Numbered from the stretch's first letter, positions 40,037 through 49,460 are shown. The stretch: DNA of 64,000 nt from Myxococcota bacterium (GCA_040386535.1 JAZKFH010000030.1:58543-122542), one strand, 5' to 3'. The notes: generated by a model not told the origin, from the sequence alone. Translations and numbers: made by a program.

Positions 40037-41338
40037 TCACTCCACGATGGCCATCGGCAGGGAGTTGGCGATGTCCTCGAAGATCCCGGCGAGCGCCGAG
40101 GAGTCGGACGTGAGCGTGTAGTACCCGACGCCCTTCGGCATCGTGTGCATGAAGCTGTTGTCGTCGCGGAAGGAGACGACCCAGGTGTTCACGCCGAGGG
40201 TGTCGTACATCTCCTGGGTGAGCGTATTGGAGTCGGCCTTGATCTGCGCGACCGAGTGGGGGCGCGGGCCGACGTATTCCCGCCACCGGGTCTCGGTGTA
40301 GCCGTCCGCCGCACGGTATTTTCCCTGTGTCGCCCCGATCGGGTTGGGGGCACCGTCGGTCAGGACCACCATGGCGCGGAAGGCGGTGGGATCGTCGTTT
40401 TCCTCGAACATCTCCCGCGCGAGGCTGATGCCGGTCGTGTGGTCGGTGCCCGTCTCGTCGGTGTACTCGCGGGGCATGTTGGGGTAACAACCGCCGGTCG
40501 GGCCGGTGAACACGTTGGCCTTCGCCGAGCTCCCGGAGCCGCCCGTCTTGAGCGTGCAGACCTTCGGATAGCTGCGAGGCGTGCCACCCTGGCTGGCGAT
40601 GTTCATCGCGGTCCACGCCGCGCGAGCGGTGCCGGACGAGGCCTCGTCCTGAAGGTAGGTGAACGGCGTGAATTCCCACGCGTACCGCCCCGTGAACACC
40701 GTCATCGCCACCTGATCGTACTCCCCGTAGCTGGTCTCCAGCGTGTCCAGGAAGGCCACGGCCGCGCCGCGAGCGTTTGCAAAGTCACGTTGCGACGCGC
40801 CGCCCGACGCCGAATTGTGCCAGGAGCCGGTGATGTCCATCACGAGGATGACGTTGAGCGAGCGTGCCGCCGACGTGGCCTCGCGGGTGATGTGCGCGAA
40901 GTCGAAGCCGAACAGGCGCGCGAGGAAGAGCCCCACGCCGTTCTCGCCGGTCCGCGACACCCCGACACGGACCGCGTTGGGGCTCGTGTCGTTCGCGGTG
41001 AACCTGGGGGGGTCGAAGGTATGGTCCCAGATGCCGAAGGTCACGTGCTCCAACACCGGCTCCGTGCCGACCACGCGGTTCTGCTCCACGGTCGCCAACG
41101 CGGCCGTCCTCGCGTCGTCCAGATCTCCCGTGCGCCGGAGTCGGTACATCGCTGCTTGGGAAGCGGCATCCGCGATGTCCTGGGTCTGCATCTGCGCGAG
41201 GCGGATGTAACCAACGTCGATTGCCAGCGCCCCGAACCCCAAAAGGATGAGGAGGGCGAAGGCGAAGAGCACGGCGTAGGCGCCTCCGCGACGGGGGCGC
41301 CGCGTGGACCTACGCGAGGCGCGCCGGAGAACGGCCAT
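40037..41338 (-). CDS. TadG-like protein (Tad N-terminal TM plus VWA)
   Basis: RRGG-TM-ALAIDVG...QDIADAASQAA; VMDITGS MIDAS-like; VVLTDG. Confidence 0.8.
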   Translation of the reverse strand: MAVLRRASRRSTRRPRRGGAYAVLFAFALLILLGFGALAIDVGYIRLAQMQTQDIADAASQAAMYRLRRTGDLDDARTAALATVEQNRVVGTEPVLEHVTFGIWDHTFDPPRFTANDTSPNAVRVGVSRTGENGVGLFLARLFGFDFAHITREATSAARSLNVILVMDITGSWHNSASGGASQRDFANARGAAVAFLDTLETSYGEYDQVAMTVFTGRYAWEFTPFTYLQDEASSGTARAAWTAMNIASQGGTPRSYPKVCTLKTGGSGSSAKANVFTGPTGGCYPNMPREYTDETGTDHTTGISLAREMFEENDDPTAFRAMVVLTDGAPNPIGATQGKYRAADGYTETRWREYVGPRPHSVAQIKADSNTLTQEMYDTLGVNTWVVSFRDDNSFMHTMPKGVGYYTLTSDSSALAGIFEDIANSLPMAIVE

Positions 41339-41679
41339 ACTGACCTCTCGAAAGGGTACATGGGCCGCGAGGCCGTTGGCAGAAGCGAGTGTCACCCTTG
41401 ACTTAGGGGGCACCGGGGCCTGCGTCCACCCGACGTGCCGCGCGGGCGTTGGGCCCGAAGCCGCCAGGATCTGCGCCAGCACGTGATCTGACCCCGATCG
41501 CGGTCGTCGGGCCGATTACCAGAGGTAACGGTTGGAAACGCCGTGTAGCATGAGAGAGCACAATGCGGTGGCGACAGCTCACGAGGCAATTCACACTGGG
41601 CGCGGTGCACGCTGGGCGAGGTGCCTGTCCGCGGTTGGTCCAGTTGCAGATAAGCTCGCCACCATCACACGGGGTCGAA

Positions 41680-41988
41680 GTGTCCAACGTCGCGCTGTTC
41701 ATCAAGCACATGACCCTGCCTGGGAAACGTGACGAGGTCCGGCGCGTGTGGGAGAAGCACATGGCGCCCGCCGTCTCGGCAAACCCGTCCCACACGGCGT
41801 ACTTCTACTGCTTCGACAACGCCGATCCCGATGCGATCTGCGCGTTTCAGCAATATGCCAGCGCCGAAGCCGCTGCCGAGTTCCTGAAGACCGACAGCTA
41901 CCTGGCCTACCTGCAAGAGGTGGAGCCGCTCCTTGCCGGTCCGCCAAACGTCACGAGCCTCACGCCGATGTGGTCCAAAAGCCCCTGA
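41680..41988 (+). CDS. ABM (antibiotic biosynthesis monooxygenase) domain protein
   Basis: Ferredoxin-like pattern PGKRDEV...DPDAICAFQQYAS; GTG start inferred. Confidence 0.7.
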   Translation: MSNVALFIKHMTLPGKRDEVRRVWEKHMAPAVSANPSHTAYFYCFDNADPDAICAFQQYASAEAAAEFLKTDSYLAYLQEVEPLLAGPPNVTSLTPMWSKSP

Positions 41989-42083
41989 TCCGACGACTCC
42001 GTCGTTCGACGGAGGGCGACGCGGCCCACGGCGCGCGGGTGATGCCGCACAGGTCCGCGCCGGGCCGAGGGAGAGACAGCAGA

Positions 42084-42320
42084 TCAGCCGCCCATCAACA
42101 CCACCGCGCCCACGAGCACGACGCCCACGATGCCGGCGCTCGCCACTGCCCAGCCGGGCCAGGCCCGGTCCAGCTCCAGGAACACGGCGCCGATCACGAC
42201 GATTTTGACCGCGGCGACGGCGGCGAGCGCCGCGGCGGACGACTCGCTGAGGGCCCACATGGCACCGGTGAGGCCCAGGAGGGCCAGGAGCGCGAGAGAG
42301 GAGAGCAGTGTTCGCTTCAT
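42084..42320 (-). CDS. cytochrome c oxidase subunit IV / NorF-like membrane protein
   Basis: Three TMs, K.VVIGAVFLEL motif; ATGA overlap with the upstream gene. Confidence 0.7.
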   Translation of the reverse strand: MKRTLLSSLALLALLGLTGAMWALSESSAAALAAVAAVKIVVIGAVFLELDRAWPGWAVASAGIVGVVLVGAVVLMGG

Positions 42321-42913
42321 GGGTGCATCAGGTAGAGGATGGGGAAGACGAGGATCCACGTCACGTCGACGAGGTGCCAGTAGGCGGCGCCGGCCTCGAT
42401 GTTCAGGGCGTTGTCGGGGCCATACACGCCGCGCGCGGCCTGCACCGCGAGGAAGAGCAGGATGCCGACGCCGCCCACCACGTGGAGGAGGTGCAGCCCG
42501 GTGATGAAGATGTACGAGAACCAGAAGCCGTTCGTGGAGAGCGTGACGTGGGCCAGCTCCGGACTCGCGTACTCCAGGAGCTTGTTCACGGTGAACACGA
42601 GTCCGGCCACACCGCTGGCGGCCAGCCACCCGGCGGTGGCGCGGGGGCGGCCCGCGGCGTTGGTCAGGACCGCCTGGTAGGCAAGACCGCTGCCGAGCAG
42701 GAGGATGACGGTGCCGCGCACACCGGAGTCGACGTGGAGCAGCCCCTGGGCCTCGCGGTACACGGCCGCCTGGCCGCGCCACGCCCAGGCGTGGGCGAGC
42801 AGGAAGAGGCCGAAGGAGACGACCTCGACACACATGAACAACCAAACGGCGGTGCCGCCGGTGAGGGCGCGCCAGGCGGTTCGGGCCGGAGGGGAAGGGG
42901 AGGGGTCGAGCAT
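42317..42913 (-). CDS. cytochrome c oxidase subunit III / NorE-like protein
   Basis: WLF..E...F, KLLEY, FWFSYIFITGLHLLHV, YWHLVDVTWILVFPILY. Confidence 0.85.
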   Translation of the reverse strand: MLDPSPSPPARTAWRALTGGTAVWLFMCVEVVSFGLFLLAHAWAWRGQAAVYREAQGLLHVDSGVRGTVILLLGSGLAYQAVLTNAAGRPRATAGWLAASGVAGLVFTVNKLLEYASPELAHVTLSTNGFWFSYIFITGLHLLHVVGGVGILLFLAVQAARGVYGPDNALNIEAGAAYWHLVDVTWILVFPILYLMHP

Positions 42914-42925
42914 GGGCCGTGGAAA

Positions 42926-42941
42926 TGCAAATGCCGTGCCG
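42926..42941 (-). promoter_or_regulatory. sigma54 -24/-12 promoter of the norE-like gene
   Basis: Minus strand CGGCACGGCATTTGCA (GG-N10-GC); ATG about 13 nt downstream. Confidence 0.7.
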
Positions 42942-42967
42942 CGACTGCCGGATGGCCCGGGCGCCCG

Positions 42968-42983
42968 CGGCACGGGGTTTGCA
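42968..42983 (+). promoter_or_regulatory. sigma54 -24/-12 promoter of the hemerythrin-radical SAM gene
   Basis: CGGCACGGGGTTTGCA (GG-N10-GC); ATG about 13 nt downstream. Confidence 0.7.
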
Positions 42984-42995
42984 AACACGCGGGGC

Positions 42996-44987
42996 ATGGA
43001 CACCGCCGCCCTCGCGCAATCGATCCTCGACACCCACCACGCGCTCCTGCACCGGGAGCTGCCCCGCCTCGCCGCCGCCTTCCGTGAGCGGCCGAAGGAG
43101 CTCCGTGCCCCGTTCATGCGCCTCAAGCAGGTGATGGACGAGCACATGATGAAGGAGGAACGGATCCTCTTCCCGATGATCATCACGCTCGGGGAGGGGG
43201 GGCCGAACGGGGGGTGCGGTGTGGATGGGCCGATCGCCCAGATGGGCGCCGAACACACGGGCATCCGGCTGCTGGAGGACGAGCTTCGCGGCGTCGCCTC
43301 GCTCGCGGGCGACGAGGAGGAGGCCCTGATGGCACTGCTCGACGACCTCTCCGAACACGCGCGCAAAGAAGACGAGCTCCTGTTCCCGTCCGCCCTGAGG
43401 CTGGCGCGCAGCGCGGAGGCGCGGCCGCGGGTGTCCCATGAGGACGAGGACGAGGACGAATACACGCCCGCCCCGTCCCTCGCCGTCGCGCCGCCTACCG
43501 TCGCGCCGCCTACCGTCGCGCCGCCTACCGTCGCCCCACCGCGTCGCAAGCACGTGGCCGGCGCGTCCCGCGCGACGCCGACCCACCCCGGCCGCGTCAT
43601 CCGAGAGACCCGCGGTGCCTGCCCCACCTGCCACGCGGACGTCCCGGCGGCGGTGATGGTGCGTGAAGGCGCAGCGATCCTCGAGAAGCGCTGCCCCACG
43701 CACGGGCCGAGCACCCAGCTGTTGAGCCGCCACGCCGAGTTGTGGGGCGAGCTCGATCGTTTCTACTTCTCGGTGAACGACGAGGCCTACCCGCAGCGCG
43801 ACTTCATCGTGCGCATGACGGAGAAGTGCAACCTCGCCTGCCCGATCTGCCTGGCCAAGGCGAACACCGAGGACACGCCCGACCTCGATCTGTCCGGCCT
43901 GGAGACGCTGCTCTCCGAGCGCCGCGGCATCAAGATCGACCTGATGGCAGCGGAGCCCACGTTGCGCCCCGACCTCGAGGACTGGGTGCGGAAGGTGAAG
44001 GCGAGCGGCAACATCGCCGCCCTGCACACCAACGGCATCAAGCTGGCCGACCTCGCGTACGCGCGACGCCTCGTGGAGGCCGGCGTGGACGAGGTGTTCC
44101 TCCAATTCGACGGCCTCGACGACAAGGCGAACACCGCCCTGCGCGGCCGGCCGCTGCTCAAGGCACGCCTCGCCGCGCTCGCCAACCTGAGCACCCTCGG
44201 CATCGCCACGAGCCTCATCGTCGTGATCGCGGGCGGCCTCAACGAGGCGCAGGTCGGGGAGACCTTCCGCTTCGCGCTCCGGCCGGAGAACGCCCACATC
44301 CGCGAGGTGTTCTTCCTCGGCCTCCGCAGCATGGGCAGCGCCCGGCAGCACGCCGCCGACGGGGAGACCGCTGCGCTCGCCGGGCAGACGCTCATGCCCG
44401 ACGGGCTCATCGACGAGCTGTGCACGCAGGTGCCGGAGATCCGGCGGCGTGACGTCCACGACTTCAACATGGTGTACTTCGCGATGCTATCGGCCTTCCG
44501 CGTGAAGAAGTGCCTGTACGTCCAACACTATCTCGTGGCGCGCGACGGGAACGGCGGGTTCACCCCCATCTCGGAGGTGGTCGATCTGCGCAAGATGGCG
44601 AACGCCGCGCAGCGGTATGCCGTGCGTCGTAAGTCCGCCCCGATGCTCGCCCGTGCGGGCTTCGGCGCCTCCGTCCTCCGCCTGGGGTTGCGACCCTCGG
44701 CGCTGAAGATGGGCGCCGACCTGCTCCGCCTCGAGAAGCTCTTCGCCACGGGCATGAACCTCGGCCAGGTCCCGACCCGCTTCCTGCTCGTCGGGTTCAT
44801 CACCGCCTGTGACCTGGACAACTTCGACGCGGGCGTGAGCGTGAATTGTGGCAAGGGGGAGCTCTCCGCGGACGGCGGGTTCGCCGAGTCGAGCGCGGTC
44901 GCCAACGTCGCGCGCGAGGCCCGCTTCGCCGAGACTGCCCGGACCCCGGGGCCGGCGTGGCGGGCGCCCGCGCGGGACCGGGGATGA
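42996..44987 (+). CDS. fusion of a RIC/YtfE-like hemerythrin domain and a Tes/MJ0619-like radical SAM enzyme
   Basis: HH..LHRELPRL...EHMMKEERILFP...MGAEH...EHARKEDELLFP; linker; CPTC...KRCPTHG; CNLACPIC; EPTLR; HTNG; LQFDG. Confidence 0.8.
   Translation: MDTAALAQSILDTHHALLHRELPRLAAAFRERPKELRAPFMRLKQVMDEHMMKEERILFPMIITLGEGGPNGGCGVDGPIAQMGAEHTGIRLLEDELRGVASLAGDEEEALMALLDDLSEHARKEDELLFPSALRLARSAEARPRVSHEDEDEDEYTPAPSLAVAPPTVAPPTVAPPTVAPPRRKHVAGASRATPTHPGRVIRETRGACPTCHADVPAAVMVREGAAILEKRCPTHGPSTQLLSRHAELWGELDRFYFSVNDEAYPQRDFIVRMTEKCNLACPICLAKANTEDTPDLDLSGLETLLSERRGIKIDLMAAEPTLRPDLEDWVRKVKASGNIAALHTNGIKLADLAYARRLVEAGVDEVFLQFDGLDDKANTALRGRPLLKARLAALANLSTLGIATSLIVVIAGGLNEAQVGETFRFALRPENAHIREVFFLGLRSMGSARQHAADGETAALAGQTLMPDGLIDELCTQVPEIRRRDVHDFNMVYFAMLSAFRVKKCLYVQHYLVARDGNGGFTPISEVVDLRKMANAAQRYAVRRKSAPMLARAGFGASVLRLGLRPSALKMGADLLRLEKLFATGMNLGQVPTRFLLVGFITACDLDNFDAGVSVNCGKGELSADGGFAESSAVANVAREARFAETARTPGPAWRAPARDRG
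43483..43534 (+). repeat. 15-bp coding tandem repeat (VAPPT)n in the domain linker
   Basis: CCGTCGCGCCGCCTA three times plus a partial copy. Confidence 0.9.
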
Positions 44988-45084
44988 CCGCGCCGGGGGC
45001 GCAAAGAGGTGGACGGCTCGCGCGGACGACTCTATGATGGGTGGACAGCGACCGGCACACACTTGATGCCGCTCGCGGTGAACG

Positions 45085-45552
45085 CTGTCGACATCATCGA
45101 TCGTCTGCTCCGTCCGCGAGGAGCTCTCTGGCCTTCTATGGGGACTCCACGGGGTCGAGCAAGAACGCCGGTGGCATCCCGAGGGGGATGCCCTCTACCA
45201 CTCGCTCCAAGTGTACCAGCACGCCCGGCGTGGCTCGGCTGACCCGCAGCTGTGGGCAGCGGCGCTGCTGCACGACGTGGGGAAGGGCCTCGGGGGAGAT
45301 CACGAGGTGGAAGGCGCCGAGCTGCTGGTAGGCCTCATGCCCGACCGCATCCTCTGGCTGGTGCGCCATCACCTCGACCTCCTGCGGGATCCCGCGCGAA
45401 CCCGACGGAAGCTCCGCGGAACCGCTCTCCTCCGGGATCTCGAGGCGCTCCGACGTTGGGATCTGGCAGGTCGTGATCCGCGGGCCGTCGTGTGCTCCGT
45501 CGAGGACGCGATCCAAGCTGTCCTGGAGGTCGCCCCACCGGTGCGCGGATGA
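45085..45552 (+). CDS. HD-domain phosphohydrolase (CCA-enzyme HD-like); start non-canonical or frameshifted
   Basis: The frame reads ...GVEQERRWHPEGDALYHSLQV...ALLHDVGK...DH...HH...WD. There is no ATG/GTG between the in-frame TGA at 45079 and the HPEGD motif. Confidence 0.7.
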   Translation: MSTSSIVCSVREELSGLLWGLHGVEQERRWHPEGDALYHSLQVYQHARRGSADPQLWAAALLHDVGKGLGGDHEVEGAELLVGLMPDRILWLVRHHLDLLRDPARTRRKLRGTALLRDLEALRRWDLAGRDPRAVVCSVEDAIQAVLEVAPPVRG

Positions 45553-46181
45553 GCCGGCGGCTGGAGCAGCGTAGGGAGATCGCCGAAGAAGCGGCGCGGC
45601 TGATGGTGGACGAGGATGTAACAGAGTACATCACCGCCAAACAAATCGCCGCCGACAACGTGTGCGGAATGCGACTTGGATCCAACGTCCCCCTGCCGTC
45701 CAACGGGGAGATCCGCGCCGCGATCGTCGCCCGCGCCACCCTTGTCGAGGGGGTGCGAAGAGGCGAACGCCTGCGTCATCTTCGCCACGTCGCACTGGAG
45801 GTGATGGGACAGCTCGCCGCGTTCGAGCCGCGCCTGATCGGCTCGGTGGCAACCGGCGCCATCCACCGGAACAGCGATGTCGACATCCAGGTCTTCTGTG
45901 CGGACCATGCTCCGCTGGAGTGGGCGCTCCGCGCCTGCGGCCACGACGCCGAGCGCCTGGAGCACGACGTGACGCTGGACGGCCGGTTTCACCGATACGT
46001 CCACTACCACTTCGATCTTCGCGACGCGGACGTGGAGCTATCGGTCTACCCGCCGGAGGAGCTGCGGATCGTTCGCCTGAGCAGCATCGATGGCAAGCCC
46101 ATCGATCGTGTGCCGCGGCGGCGTTTGGAGGCGTTGATCCGGACGGGGGCACTGCATCAGCCCGCGTCGGCAGGGTCGTGA
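45549..46181 (+). CDS. Pol-beta superfamily nucleotidyltransferase
   Basis: IAEEAARLM...LPSNGEI; GSVATG...SDVDI; ATGA overlap with the HD gene. Confidence 0.78.
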   Translation: MSRRLEQRREIAEEAARLMVDEDVTEYITAKQIAADNVCGMRLGSNVPLPSNGEIRAAIVARATLVEGVRRGERLRHLRHVALEVMGQLAAFEPRLIGSVATGAIHRNSDVDIQVFCADHAPLEWALRACGHDAERLEHDVTLDGRFHRYVHYHFDLRDADVELSVYPPEELRIVRLSSIDGKPIDRVPRRRLEALIRTGALHQPASAGS

Positions 46182-46208
46182 GCGCCGCGCACGCGGTAGA
46201 TTGCGTCG

Positions 46209-46892
46209 ATGGCGAGTCGCCGCAATCCGCCCGTGAACCTTGCGCTGGAGGCCTGGCTCCGTACCGACGTGGGCCTGGGGCTCTCCCCGATCAAGCGTCG
46301 GAACTACTTCAAGCGCCTCCTGGCGTGGGTGGCCTACGACGTGCGGAGGTGGTGGCCGATCTGGGACAACTTGTACGACGTGGCGCTCCTCCGCACGGCG
46401 GACGTCCCTCGCTTCCTGCGAGGCGTCACCGAGTTCGCGAGGACAGCCGCCCAGAACGACGCCATCTTCCTTCTCGGGGCCTGGTGCGTCTCGGATGCCG
46501 AGCGCGCCTGGGTGTTCCTCGAGAGCGGCCCGTGGCTCGACGGGTGGACCGACGGGGAACACTGGATCGAGGGGTGGTCGGACGTCGAGGATGAGGTCGT
46601 GTGGGTCGAGTGGGCCGGTTCCCGCGGCGTCGATTCGCTCCGCTGCAGGTGGGACGAACAGGGTGTCCGCCGCGAGTTCATGCTGGCCGCGTGCCCACCG
46701 CCGCAGGACTTCGACTTTCCGGCGGACGACTCCGCCGCGATGCGCGCGCTGCTTGCCACGGGTCCGATGGGGGTGGACGCGACGGAGCTCGCCAACTGGT
46801 TGCGCCTTCGCAACGCGGCCGGCGAGGTCGAGGTGCGCCGGGTGCCGCTCGTATTCGAGTCGATGCTTTGTGGTCCGATTCTCGCGCGGTGA
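46209..46892 (+). CDS. hypothetical Trp-rich protein
   Basis: Coding-like ORF; no motif recognised. Confidence 0.5.
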   Translation: MASRRNPPVNLALEAWLRTDVGLGLSPIKRRNYFKRLLAWVAYDVRRWWPIWDNLYDVALLRTADVPRFLRGVTEFARTAAQNDAIFLLGAWCVSDAERAWVFLESGPWLDGWTDGEHWIEGWSDVEDEVVWVEWAGSRGVDSLRCRWDEQGVRREFMLAACPPPQDFDFPADDSAAMRALLATGPMGVDATELANWLRLRNAAGEVEVRRVPLVFESMLCGPILAR

Positions 46893-46911
46893 AGCGCGAA
46901 CTCGACCGCCG

Positions 46912-47011
46912 CACCGATGTGTCATCGCCGATGTGTCATCGCGAAGTATCACCGATGTATCAACGCGATGTATCACCGATGTATCACCGATGTATCACCG
47001 ATGTATCACCG
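46912..47011. repeat. intergenic tandem array of 11-bp unit CACCGATGTAT
   Basis: About 8-9 units, perfect at the right end and degenerate (13-14 bp variants) at the left. Confidence 0.9.
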
Positions 47012-47270
47012 CAAGCCGCGCCAGGTGGACAGAGGGCGCGGCGGCGCGGAGCGACGGCGCGGCTCGGCGCCCCGGCCCGGGGGCCGGACGCGCCAGCCGA
47101 GGCGCTCCGCGCCGAGCCCGGCGTAGACCGGCGGCGAGTCCGCGAGCCGCGGCGCCCGACCGACCTACATCGCCTCCTCTCCGGGGGGGGGGCGGCCAAG
47201 CGGATCGTGCGTTCGGCCGGGGCGGAGCGGTCGGCGGACTGACGTTCCCGGTTACCTGGGGCTGGCCGGC

Positions 47271-49403
47271 ATGAGAGCCCGCCCCGGAGTCGGCATGAAC
47301 AGGACCCCGGTGACCCAGGAGACGCTCGCCCGACTCCGCATCCTCCTGCTCCTCGGCCTGCGCAGCCTCGCGGCGCACCGGGTGAAGAGCGCGGTCGTCG
47401 GGTCGATGTTGACGTTCGGCACCTTCCTCACCGTCAGCGGGAGCGCGCTGTTCGACTCCATCCTGGCGGCCACGGCGAAGAGCGTCACGTCGAGCCTCGC
47501 GGGCGACCTCCAGGTGTACAGCGCCGAGGCGGAGGACCCCCTCGCGCTGTTCGGCGGGGTAGGGCTCGGCACGAGCGACATCGGGGAGCTCCCCGAGATC
47601 GAGCGGATCGAGGCGGCGATCGGGGCGCTTCCGGAGGTGCGCACCGTCGTGCCGATGGGGATCACCACCGTCACCGTGTTCGGGGACAACGAGATCGACC
47701 GCGTGCTGGGAGAGCTGCGCGGCGCGGTGGGCCTCGGCGACGCCGCGGGGGTGGCGGAGGGGCGGGAGCGGGTCCGCGCGATCGTGCGTACGATCGCGGC
47801 AGGCCACGAAGCGCGCGTGTCGACCGGGGCCGATCCCGAAAAGGTCGCCGCCGACGGCGCCACGCTCGAACGCGCGGGCTCCGACACGTTCTGGTCCGGC
47901 TTCGAGGCTGATCCGCTCGGCGGGCTCGACTTCCTGGAGTCCAACCTCGCCCCGCTCACGGCGGACGGGCGGATGTTCTACCTGCGCGCGATCGGTACGG
48001 ACCTCGACCAATTCACCCGCACGTTCGACCGCTTCTACGTGGTGGACGGCCAGGCCGTGCCCGAGGGGCGCCGCGGGCTCCTGCTGAGCAAGCGCACCTA
48101 CGAGCGGCTCCTCAAGAATCGTGTCGCGCGCGAGCTCGACGCGCTGTACGACGCGTGGAAAGTGGGGGCGCGTATCGCCGAGGACCCGCTGCTCCAGAAG
48201 CGCGCGGCGCGGCTCCCCGGGCAGTATGCCCGGATCCTCTTCCAAGTCAGCCCGTCCGACGCGGCCATCCTCGAGCCCAAGCTGCGCGCGCTGCTCCCCG
48301 GGATCGAAGGCGGCCTCGCCGCGCTGCTTCCCGCCTTCCTCGAGATCGACGACACGACGATCGAAGCGCGACACTCCTTCTTCTACGCGGAGATTGCGCC
48401 GCTCGTGCGCCTTTACGAGATCCCGGTCGGGAAGACGGTCACGCTGCGCGCCTTCACGCGCGCCGGGTACGCGCGGTCGGTCACGGTGCCCGTATGGGGC
48501 ACGTACGAGTTCCGGGGCCTGGAGAAGTCCGACACCACGACCGCTTCGAACCTGCTCGACCTCATCACCTGGCGAGAGCTGTACGGGAAGATGTCCGCGG
48601 AGCAGCAGGCCGAGTTGTCCGACATCCGGGCGCAGGCCGGGCTCCGCGAGGTCGACGCCGCCACGGTCGAGGATGCCCTGTTCGGGGAGGGATCGGGGTC
48701 GCACAGCGGGGCGGTGACCGTGGCCTCCAGCGGTTTTGACGAGTTCGCCGGCCTCGCGCTCGGCGGGCGGGTAGGGGGCGCGAGCCTGACCCTCGATCCT
48801 GCCCAGCAGCACCGCGGGCTGGCGCTGAACGCGGCGGTGCTCCTGCACGATCCCGCACAAACCAACGCCGTCGCCGCGAAGATCCGGGCGCTCTCGGTAC
48901 GGGACGACCTGGGCATCCAGGTGGTCGACTGGCAGGGAGCCACCGGCATCCTCGGTCAGTTCATCGGGGCGATGCGCGTGGCGCTCTACGCCGCGATTTT
49001 CGTGATCTTCCTCGTCTCGCTCATCATCATCAACAACACGATGGTGGCGGCGACAGTGGAGCGGGTGGGAGAGATAGGCACGATGCGGGCGATCGGCGCA
49101 ACCCGCGGATTCGTAGTAGGCATGTTCGTGGTGGAGACGCTGGTGTTGGGGCTCGCGTCCGGTACGCTGGGCGCGGGCTTCGCGGCCCTGTTCGTCGCCT
49201 GGTTGGGTCGCGTGGGCCTCCCCGCCCCGCAGGACGCGATCGTGATCCTGTTCGGCGGACCGCGCCTCTTCCCCACCACTTCCTGGGGCAATCACGCCTT
49301 CGGCATCACGACGATCCTCGTGGTGAGCGTGCTCTCCACGTTGTACCCCGCGGTGCTCGCCGCGCGCGTGTCCCCGGTGGTCGCGATGCAGGACAAGGAG
49401 TAG
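47271..49403 (+). CDS. ABC transporter permease, FtsX/LolE/MacB-type
   Basis: N-terminal TM, large periplasmic domain, ERVGEIGTMRAIGA, LYPAVLAARVSPVVAM; start could be about 47295. Confidence 0.85.
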   Translation: MRARPGVGMNRTPVTQETLARLRILLLLGLRSLAAHRVKSAVVGSMLTFGTFLTVSGSALFDSILAATAKSVTSSLAGDLQVYSAEAEDPLALFGGVGLGTSDIGELPEIERIEAAIGALPEVRTVVPMGITTVTVFGDNEIDRVLGELRGAVGLGDAAGVAEGRERVRAIVRTIAAGHEARVSTGADPEKVAADGATLERAGSDTFWSGFEADPLGGLDFLESNLAPLTADGRMFYLRAIGTDLDQFTRTFDRFYVVDGQAVPEGRRGLLLSKRTYERLLKNRVARELDALYDAWKVGARIAEDPLLQKRAARLPGQYARILFQVSPSDAAILEPKLRALLPGIEGGLAALLPAFLEIDDTTIEARHSFFYAEIAPLVRLYEIPVGKTVTLRAFTRAGYARSVTVPVWGTYEFRGLEKSDTTTASNLLDLITWRELYGKMSAEQQAELSDIRAQAGLREVDAATVEDALFGEGSGSHSGAVTVASSGFDEFAGLALGGRVGGASLTLDPAQQHRGLALNAAVLLHDPAQTNAVAAKIRALSVRDDLGIQVVDWQGATGILGQFIGAMRVALYAAIFVIFLVSLIIINNTMVAATVERVGEIGTMRAIGATRGFVVGMFVVETLVLGLASGTLGAGFAALFVAWLGRVGLPAPQDAIVILFGGPRLFPTTSWGNHAFGITTILVVSVLSTLYPAVLAARVSPVVAMQDKE

Positions 49404-49460
49404 CCAGAGAGTCGGCCGGCTCCTTTGTCGCTTGCACATCACCCACTCGTGCGCTAATAC

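Noticed and set aside
43600..44987. Calling the radical SAM a true tetraether lipid synthase
   Set aside because: Only the N-terminal metal site and core resemble Tes; the auxiliary-cluster Cys pattern looks reduced, so the function was left open
46912..47011. Possible CRISPR array
   Set aside because: Units are 11 bp and contiguous with no unique spacers; no cas genes
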